Source: Tricharina praecox | Taxonomy: Eukaryota | Assembly (NCBI RefSeq): GCF_024521635.1 | Contig: NW_026250423.1 | Coordinates: 676,802-696,801 of the forward strand | Direction: 5' to 3' | DNA: 20,000 nucleotides | Shown: one piece after another, positions 10,735 through 19,324 of the stretch | Position numbering within the stretch: position 1 is the first letter of the stretch | How the letters are laid out: every line of letters starts with the position of its first letter | Position numbers and translations under genes: made by a program | The notes under the pieces: model-generated | Seen by the model: only the letters and a program-made list of their open reading frames with translations | The model's database searches: none | Told to the model about the DNA's origin: nothing

Positions 10735-13391
10735 TTACAATATATCAGGGAACCCATCACGTGACACCCGGTGAAGCGGTGTCCGGCCGTCCTTGTCCCT
10801 TGTCTTGATGTCTGTACCGCGGTCGAGTAGTAGCTGCACTACAACCGTGTGTTCGTTCTGTGCCGCTAGGTGAAGCGGCGCCAAATCGCCGCTCTGCTTG
10901 GCCTCAATGTCGGCACCACGGTCGAGCAGCAGCTGGGTTATGGCTAGATTCCCGTTCATGGCCGCTCGATGAAGCGCCGTGTGGCCGCTGTTGGCGTTGG
11001 CCTCAATGTTCGCGCCGCGGTCCAGTAGTAGCTGCACTGTAGCTATGTGTCCGTTCTGGACCGCTCGGTGAAGCGGTGTCCAGTTGCCGCTCTGATTGGC
11101 CTCAATGTCGGCGTCCGAGTCGAGCAGCAGCTGTACTGTATCTATGTGCCCGTTCTGAGTCGCTGCGTGCAGCGCGGTAAAGCCCAGATCCGTCGTAGCC
11201 TCAGTATCGGCAGCCCGGTCGAGCAGTAGCTGCACTGTCGCTCCGTGTCCTTCGTAGGCCGCTGTGAGCAGTGCCGTGAAGCCCTCATCGGTCTTGGCCT
11301 CAATTTCAGCACCTCGGTCAAGAAGTAGCCGTATTGCGACTGTGTATCCGCCCTGGGCCGCTTGGTAAAGGGCCGTACGACCACTTTTCGTCTTAGCCTC
11401 GATGTTAGCACCGCATTCGAGCAGCAACCTTAATGTAGTTGTGTGCCCACTCTGTGCCGCTTGGTGGATCGGCGTACAATCGTTGGTTGCCTTGGCCTCG
11501 ATGTCGGCTCCTCGGTCGAGAAGTAGCTGCGCTATAGTGGTGTGCCCGTGCAAGGCCGCTCGGTGGAGTGCCGTGTGACTGGTGTTGGTCCTGGCCTCAA
11601 TGTCGGCACCAAGTTCGAGCAGTAGTTTCACTGTAGCTATGTGTCCGTCCAAAGCTGCTCGGTGAAGCGCCGTATGACTGTTGTTCCCCTTTGCCTCGAT
11701 ATTAGCACCACAGGCGAGCAGTAGCCGCACTGTACCACTAGTGAGCTCATTCAGGGCAGCTCGGCGAAGCGCCGTATGACCGCGGTTTGTCGTAGCTTCG
11801 ATGTTGGCACCACGGTCGATTAGTAATCGGATTGTCGTAGTGTTCCAGTTCCAAGCTGCTCGATGAAATGCCGTGTGACCGCTGTTGGTCTTCGCCTCGA
11901 TGTCGGCCCCAAGGTCGAGCAGCAGCTCTACTGTATGTAGATGACCTTTCCAGGCAGCCCGGTGAAGTGATGTCCAACCGTTGTTGTCCTTCGATTCTAT
12001 GCCGGCACCGTGGTCGAGCAACTGCTGCACTGTAGTTGCACGCCCATGGTCAACGGCCGTGTGAAGCACCGTGGAACCAACGTTATCCTTAGCCTCGATA
12101 TCGGCACCGCGGTGGAGTAGTAGCTGCACTATAGCTGTTTGTCCGTTTTGTGCCGCCCGATGGAGCGGTGTACAGTCGTCGGGTTCCGTGGCCTCGATAT
12201 CAGCCCCGAGTTCGAGCAGCAACTGCACAGTATCGATCTTCTCTGAAACAACTGCCCTGTGCAGCGCCGAACTTTCTTCTTCCCAATCCCGGGAGTCTAC
12301 ATCGACGCCCAGCCTGTGTACAAGCGCTTCGACAGTGGCGTTATCTCCTTTACGAGCTGCATCATGCAACGCAGTGACCCTTTCGTTCACGGGTGTGAAG
12401 CGGTGTCGAATAACGGTGGTGATGGTGCTGCCGCTCATCCGTAGCCGTTGAAGTCCTTCCACAGAGGGCCATGCACTCCGGATATTGCGAAGTTGCACCA
12501 CACTGTCGCTGGATTTCTCCTGGGCATACATGTAACCATTATTTAGTTCCGAAATGGATATAGGAAGACAGAGGAACGATATTTTTGAGATGTGCGCCAA
12601 GCTCAGCCCAGTACGTTGGGACCATTTGGAATCCATCGTGCCGGTGGTCTCGAAAGAGCTTGATGAATCGTTCTTCCACGCCTTGGTGTATTCCCTAGTC
12701 TCCGCTAGAATTCCTGCTATCATGGGCTCTGCGACGTCCGGGAACGTCTTCCTGACAGCTGTCAGAGACTGCTCGAGTTCTGCCATGGCGTCTTGCAGTT
12801 TTTGCGTTGAAGTACTAATCTTTGTCAGCAGTGATACGTAGAAACGCAACGGCTGGACGGGAGAGAGATCATCAATCCGCCTTAAACGGCTGGGTGTCGC
12901 CTAGGTATGGGAGTTGCCATCACACATCGGTGAGGACCCAGGACTAACCATGTGTACACCGACAGCAACAAGCTCAAAGCTATCGTGAGCATCTGCAGGT
13001 TCCGCAGTATCTTTGCGATATCCGGATCCTCCGCGGCCCACCTAGCACCCTCCAAGCGCCTACGCTGAGGCCTATTACTGTTGCCGCTGCCAGCCGCCCT
13101 TACACCCCCAAGCTCCTTATCCAGATCCGAGACAGTACGCACACAGCCGGCCAGAGTAACGACCAGATCGTTGACATAGATCTGCGATTTTCGCGCCATG
13201 CTCTCCGGCTCGGCGAAACGGCCGACTATGCAGTCGTCCAGCTGCCGGAGAATCGCGTGCAGCGCTTGCACCTCGTCATGCACGTTACGCGCAGTGCGGG
13301 GAGCGTCGACGGCGGCGGAGATAACACTGATGATCGTTGTGCTGGCCCGCAGTAGCCCCGCGACCGATGCGGGAACCGAGAGGCGATTCAT
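10735..13391 (-). CDS. Paralog 2: divergent HeLo-like N-terminal domain + linker + 16 complete ankyrin repeats and a truncated 17th; join(13391..12949, 12814..10735), 840 aa
   Basis: ATG at 13391 (MNRLSVPASVAGLLRAS) aligns with MDPLSVATSVTGLLQIG of paralog 1. GTTAGT donor at 12948, GCTGAC branch site and ATTAG acceptor ending at 12815. Exons total 443+2080=2523 nt. Ankyrin homology continues past the TAA at 10735-10737. Confidence 0.82.
10738..12378 (-). repeat. ~99-bp-period ankyrin coding repeat array of paralog 2 (16 units plus a partial unit)
   Basis: Repeats of HTALHRAAxxGHxxTVQLLLDRGADIEAK. Confidence 0.92.
12815..12948 (-). other. Phase-2 spliceosomal intron of paralog 2 (134 nt)
   Basis: TG|GTTAGT...GCTGAC.AAAGATTAG|T, at the position homologous to the paralog 1 intron. 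Confidence 0.85.
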
Positions 13392-14529
13392 CGAGGAAAC
13401 GGCAGCTTGTATGTAAGCGGTCGAAGGTTGGAGGACGGACGATAGGTCGGTGTGCGCGCGGCGTGGTGTTTGGTATGCACAGTAGGCGGCCTGTTGCGGA
13501 GTCGGGTCACTCACCCGCCCCCACCACCCCCATCCCTCTAGGTGTTCCCCTCGCTGCTGGCAGCCTTGTGCGACGCCCGGTCTTCCTTATACTCTAGGTT
13601 GTCGCATTAGTAATATCCTTCGGGACCAACCAGAGTATGATCCACGGGGATCTCGCATTAGCGATGCCGAGGACAGTGTGCTCCGTAGTCCGGCCCGAAC
13701 GGCCGTCCAGACCGTTTGGAGGTAGTCCGTCCGGTCCGAGGTGGCGCCTGACAGGGTTGGTCCCAGTCCGATGGTGGCGGCCAGCCGCCCACGTCACGTG
13801 ACTATGATCTACACACTAGTCCCATTACGGTCATAAACCAGCAGGCAGCAGCGAAACGAGTGAGATATAGTTAATGAGATTTGTGCGGGAGCAACTACTT
13901 TGGCACTTACGGCGATATGACGGTGGTGGCCACGACTTGCCCTTGGCCTGAGAATCATAACTACGACAGTCCTAGAGAAACCCGTTCTGATGGGTATCCG
14001 GCCATATGGGTTCGCACGGTGCACCTCACCTTGCCAGTCACTCGTTCGACCTCGTACGTACAATAGGATGTTTTGCTTCACCCTCCGGGCACTACCTACA
14101 GTGCTTCAAAAGGTATTCATGGGGGCCTGCAGGCTGCTCGCCATACGGCACCACCATATAATGTGTGATTCTACCTATCTGTGCTCGCCACATGCCGCCC
14201 CTCGGCAGTGCCTGTTCTCACCTCACACATCCTCAGCTCCGACTTGTTACCGGAGGATTAGCAGAAGGTCGTGGTTTGCTGCGCACTTTTCGGCGATGAG
14301 GTGGCCGCTCGGTGGCGGGCTATCTTGAGTACCTAGCTCGGGCAACAAATGTGAATTGGAACTTGGAAGCGAAGCCAGTATGTATTACACTGTTTCTACT
14401 GCTATGTACAGGTCCGACAGCTGCCCATCTTGCTAATAGTATCATACCAATCGTGCGGCGTCGTCATTTGCGCCTGTTCCGGGAAACCGAACCAGCAACC
14501 GCAGCCTGGTCCTCCTTAGGGGTGCCAAT

Positions 14530-15681
14530 TGCAAACTGTCGAAGCAGCTGTGCCGTGGCCTCGTGCCCATTATTTTCGGCTAGTTGCAGAGCCGTCCAGC
14601 CGTGCCTATCTCTGGCGTGGACAACAGCACCGTGGTCGAGCAGTAGTTGTATTATAGCATCCCACTTATAAAGCGCCGCCACGTGAAGTGGCGTCCGGTC
14701 GTATTTGCCTTTGGCTTCGATATCGACACCCAGGTTAAGTAGAAGCTGCAATGCATCTGCATGTCCGTTCTGGACTGCCAGGTGAACATGTGTCCAGTCG
14801 TTGTCCACGGCCTCGGCACACCGGTCGAGTAGTAGCTGGACTGTAGCTGTGTGTCCTTGTTGAGTCGCTATGTTCAGCGGCGTAGAACCCCGGTTTTCTT
14901 TGGCTTCGATGTCGGCATTACGGTCGAGCAGTAGTTGTACTTTAGCTGTGTCTCCGTCCTCAGCCGCCATGTGCAACGCGGTGAATCCTCGGATGGTCAT
15001 CACCTCTATGTCCGCATTCCAGTCGAGCAGTAACTCCATTGTAGCTGTGTGTCCGAAGCGGGTTGCTGACTGAAGTGATGTTCAGTCGTTGTGGTCCGTG
15101 GCTTCGACGTCGGCATTCCGATCGAGCAGCAGCCGCACTCTATCTATATGTCCGCTTTTGGTCGCTAAGAGCAACGCTGTAAAACCTTGTTTTCCCTTGG
15201 CTTCAATGTCGGCATTGCGGTCAAGCAGAAGCCGCACTGTAGCTGTGGATCCTTTGTCGACTGCTAGGTGAAGCGGTGTCCGATCTTTATCGTTAGTGGA
15301 CTCGATGTTGGCATTCCGGTCGAGCAGTAGCCGCACTGTAGCTATGTGTCCGTACTGAGCCGCTAAGTGCAATGCCGTAGCATGCCGGTTTTACTTGACT
15401 TCAATGTCGGCATTCTGGTCGAGCAGTAGCTGCACTGTAGGTCTATGTCCGTAGCGGGCTGCTAAGTGAAGTAGTGTCCAGCCGGAGTCGAACCTAGCGT
15501 CGACATCGGCATTCCGGTCGAGAAGTAGCTGCACTGTAGCTACGTGTCCGATGTACACCGCTATGTGCAGTGGCGTAAAGCCTTCGCCATCCCGGGACTC
15601 AACGTCGACACCTGGCGTTTGTAGAAGAGCCTTGACCGTGATGTCATCTCCCTGGCGAGCTGCTTCGTGTAGTGTAATGAC
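14530..15681 (-). repeat. ~99-bp-period ankyrin coding repeat array of paralog 3 (12 units)
   Basis: Repeats of TxLHLAAxxGHxATVxLLLDRNADIEAK; unit 9 has a 3-codon in-frame deletion (DRCAEAVDND). Confidence 0.9.
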
Positions 15682-16192
15682 TTGCTCTGTAACTGGGGCC
15701 AAGCGATGCCGAACCGTGGTGGTGGTGGTGATCTTGCGGTGGCGTTTCCATGGCTTTTTAATCCTTCCTAAGGAGAGCAACCCACCCGTGATGCTCTGTA
15801 GTTGCGCCCCGCTGTCGCCGGTTTTCCCCTGGTCATACATACTGCCGTTATTCAGCTCGCAACTGTATACCGGAAGATAGAGGACGGATATATTCGATAT
15901 CTGGGCCAGGCTCAGACCGGTGAGCTGAGACTATTTGGATTCCGTCGTGCGGGTGGTCTTGAAAGAACTAGCTGATGAGTCCATAGCCGCTTTCTTTTAT
16001 ACCCGAGTCTCAGCCAGAACTCTGCAAAAGCCGTGTCCAGATGCTGCCGAAAGGCCTAGCAATGCATCGTCGTTACGCTCAAGAGGAGTTGCTGCTGCTA
16101 TACGCTCGACAAGGTCCGGGACCGCCTCCCTGACTGTCACCATGAACTGCTTCAGTTCTTTCATGTCGGGTTGCAGTTGCTGAGTTGATGCA

Positions 16193-16319
16193 CTAGGTAA
16201 TAAGCTCTGTATCAGCAACTATTCGTACGCACGTGTTGGCCGTGTGCGAAAGAGATCAGGCTTCGGGAAGGGCTGGGTGGAGCCCCGGGGAAGTATCATC
16301 GACGGGACCCTAGACTAAC
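16193..16319 (-). other. Phase-2 spliceosomal intron of paralog 3 (127 nt)
   Basis: TG|GTTAGT...GCTGAT...CCTAG|T, at the homologous position; splice signals are intact. Confidence 0.8.
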
Positions 16320-17149
16320 CATGCATAAACCGACAGCAATAGATTCAGCGAAGTCTTATGCATCTGTAGGTTCCGCAGTATTTTGGCGATATCCTGTTCT
16401 TTGGCTGCCCACTTGACGCTGTCCCAAGGCCGAAACTGATATTTGGTGCTGTAGGCGTAGTCCGTCTTGACGCCTTTGAGGTCCCTATCTAGCTCAGAGA
16501 ATTTACACACGCAGCCCGTCAGGATGACAACCAGGTCGTCGATTGCAATCCTGGATTTGCGAGCTATGCTCTGTTGGGCGAAAATTACGATGAAGTCGTC
16601 CAGCTAGCGAAATATCCCGTGGAGTGCTTGTACTTCTACGAGAGTGTTGCGGGCAGTGCTGGGGGCGTCGATCGCGGTGGAAAGAAAGCCGATGACCTTG
16701 GCTCCGACCTGCAACAACCATGCTACCGATGGGGCAATCGAAAGAGGGTCCATCGTGGAAGTAGTGGCCGGTTGACGCTCGTGGTCCGGTGGGCAGAGGG
16801 TGTTCATAGGCGATCACGGGGTTCGTGATGTGCGGCTGTAAGCGCACATCATGCATGGTATCGGTGGCACCTATGTATCAAATCTTGCACACGTTCCACG
16901 GATTCACCGTGTAGAGACAATCAATCAAAGCGGATACTATTTGTACCATGTCGTCCGATCAGCGACTCAAGTGCCAATGCGCAGCGCTACAATACCTAGG
17001 TAAATCGCTTCGAGCCCTCTATATATATGCTCGTTGGATCCAAGGCACGATATTCATACGTAGGAGATACTCAGATCTTTTGGCTTCCAAAACACGTACG
17101 GCCGCCACGGCGATCCACCAAGGGCCATTACCATCTTCACTGGTACAAC

Positions 17150-17337
17150 ACTAGGAGTGATACCTTATGCATGTGTAGATTCCGCACGATCTCCGCGATA
17201 TCCCGGATTTTTGCCGCCCACTTGACACCAGCCCAGGTATCACACTTTGACCGAGGATCGTCTCCAATGTCCACAGCCTGTTTTGAGGCTTTTCCGCTCC
17301 CTATCGAGTTTAGAGGAGCTGTACACGCAGCCCGTCG
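17150..17337 (-). pseudogene. Paralog 4 relic: frameshifted 3' half of the HeLo-like exon
   Basis: One frame reads TGCVYSSSKLDRERKSLK (compare TGCVCTFSELDKELKGLK). After a frameshift near 17265-17285 it reads DDPRSKCDTWAGVKWAAKIRDIAEIVRNLHMHKVSLL (compare DDPKSKFGIWDRGKWAAKDQDIAKILRNLQMHKTSLS). I could not recognise an N-terminus or an ankyrin exon for it. Confidence 0.8.
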
Positions 17338-19324
17338 ACATAGGTAGGTACTACCCTGTGAAATTTGCACCTTAAGCGTAACCGCGGATTCCCACGGTGT
17401 AATTCCTCGGCGGCGGTGCCACTACTCATATATGTAGGTATTCCAACAGAGTTGCGAAAGAATCTTCCAGTGAAGTTCAACCTCGTTCCTATTACTCTCG
17501 ACTTCTTGCAGCTGCTGGTGGCGGCAAAGAACCCCCCGTTATCATCAGTGCTATCCTATGGATCGTAACGCGCTGGAGTTCCAAAATCGCCTCAGAAATG
17601 GCCACTCCTCCACCCACCCAGTCGCACCACCAACACCCCGGAGTAGGGCTGTGACTAGATAGAGTTTTTCTTTAGATACGAATAAAGGGTTTCAATCATA
17701 TTATGGTAGTTCTAATGATGGTTTAAGGCTAGCTTTCCACCCAGAAGCGCAAATTAACTTTCCACGACCATACTGGCCCACCACCACATGACCCTTGCCC
17801 TCAACCCCTAGAACTCATAAAATATGATGTAGCCACTCTAGAAATTGATGTGACGCAGCGGCGCCCCCCAGACCTTACGCGATCATTGGGTTTTGGACGC
17901 AAATGTCGACATTTTTCGTCATCTCAAAACGAGGCTAATTTTTGTCCGGCGGTCTATGCCATCGTAACATTTTTAAAAATAGGATTTATTCTGGGTTACC
18001 TTTCGTAGCAATACTGAAGATCATAAGCAACCCTCAGAGGTAAATATGGAAGAATAAAAATGTCGTCTCCTCGAGAAGAATTTGGACACTTGGACCGCTT
18101 CTATAGCCTTCCACGACAGGGCAGCTGGCGATGTGACGTTTGGAATGCGATAGAGTAGTGCTGTAGAGAAAGATTGGTGAAATCAGGGCTTCCAGGACTT
18201 GTTTTGAGACATCAGAGGTGTGATTTATCTGTCTGCCAGGTTTCAGCGAGTGATATACCGTGCGGCAGCATTTATTCATCGGTGCTTTGTCTTTTGGAAA
18301 GTTGATGACCGTCAAGGGCTTTTAATGTATCATCTCTTTGCCCCCAGAGTATTCATTATTTAGGTGACGATTTTTGTGCTGAATGGGGCAAGTTTGTATC
18401 TGAAATTGCGACTTGCCAGATGGCGAAGATCTCTCGCGCCTCTTCTCGTTTAAAACCTCAATCACAAGCGTGAAAAACTTTCAAAATTCACTAGATTGTA
18501 GCCACGAACCAAGAGAACAACTCTCTCCGCAAATTCTTTGGACATATTCTGGCCTACTTTTGGAGATTTTCCGGGTTGAGTGGAGTCGCGTGGCCATTTT
18601 GGAACTCTAAGTCTAAAGTTACGATCCAAGTGATGGATGAGGTTGAATTTAAGGGGTAACCAGTGGGAGTGGTTGTTACATGAGGTGTAGCTGTCGGGTT
18701 GGGATGGGTTGCCGTTCTGGTAGTGGCGATGCAGCCCTGTAGACTGTAGAACATGAGAACCAAAGTCCCGAAGTCTTGCCTACTACCGTACATTCGTGGA
18801 CTCTGCTATTTCGAATCCAGAGATTTACCATCGTAACGTACTTGCTTGAACATATCCGACTCGTTAAGTGCAATGCTTATTTATGCTGCCTATTCTGTTC
18901 TAAGCCGAGACGGCCGGATCAGAGGGCGAGCACCCACGCTCAACTCGCAGCGCCAGCCTTCGGCAGACCGTCCAGTTCGGCCCGAGACGGGACGGCGTGC
19001 AATAGACCGTCCATGTAGCCATCGCCGTCCCTCTCTTGAGTCAAACTGAGCTCCCTAGTGTGGGATTCGGGGCGGGGGCGCCTCCGTGTTGCAGTAAGCG
19101 GCGGGCGGCGAGCGGCGGTAACTATGGTGAGACCAAGATGTGAAGGCGGGTAGACCTGATGCCGTCTCTCAACGTTGAAATGTCCTCTGATACTGCTTTT
19201 ATGTTCGTCTACATAGTCGGTCAGTCTCTTGTTCAATACATCAGACGCACCTATTATCAACCACCACAGATATCCTCAAAAGGTTCATAGACGATAGGCC
19301 TCCTTTTCTTCCGTTGCTTTTCAC

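Larger units (their letters stand above)
14464..16753 (-). pseudogene. Paralog 3: HeLo-like + linker + 12 ankyrin repeats, interrupted by 5 in-frame stops with no frameshift; join(16753..16320, 16192..14464), 720 codons
   Basis: ORFs 16604-16807 and 16310-16510 share one frame, as do 15997-16218, 15391-15840, 15082-15372 and 14464-15039. Manual translation across the gaps matches paralogs 1 and 2. Stops: TAG 16604-16606, TAA 15997-15999, TAG 15931-15933, TAA 15391-15393, TGA 15082-15084. Confidence 0.85.

Noticed and set aside
13392..13514. Upstream in-frame extensions of the ORF calls for paralog 2 (13514) and paralog 3 (16807), and the ORF-track starts at 9189, 12849 and 16218
   Set aside because: Homology begins at the MDPLS/MNRLS methionines, and the exon 2 ORF starts lie inside the introns.
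7336..15681. CRISPR-like repeat/spacer appearance of conserved cores separated by variable stretches
   Set aside because: The 99-bp period equals 33 codons of ankyrin repeat in an open frame, the context is eukaryotic and there are no cas genes.
10564..16753. RIP as the cause of the nonsense codons
   Set aside because: Only about 3 of 7 premature stops are clear CpA>TpA changes, at least one is a transversion, and the genes remain GC-rich with abundant CpA/TpG. Heavy RIP is not supported; mild RIP cannot be excluded without computing RIP indices.
14464..16753. Alternative genetic code or stop-codon reassignment
   Set aside because: All three stop types occur at positions for different amino acids, and paralogs 1 and 2 have long open frames under the standard code.
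7393..16828. Plus-strand ORFs over the gene array (e.g. 8654-9253, 12071-12451, 15551-15880)
   Set aside because: They are antisense shadows of the minus-strand coding sequences.
18034..19260. ORFs 18034-18315, 18554-18793 and 18940-19260 as genes or transposase fragments
   Set aside because: They are short, mostly have non-ATG starts, and show no DDE, RT or other recognisable motif.
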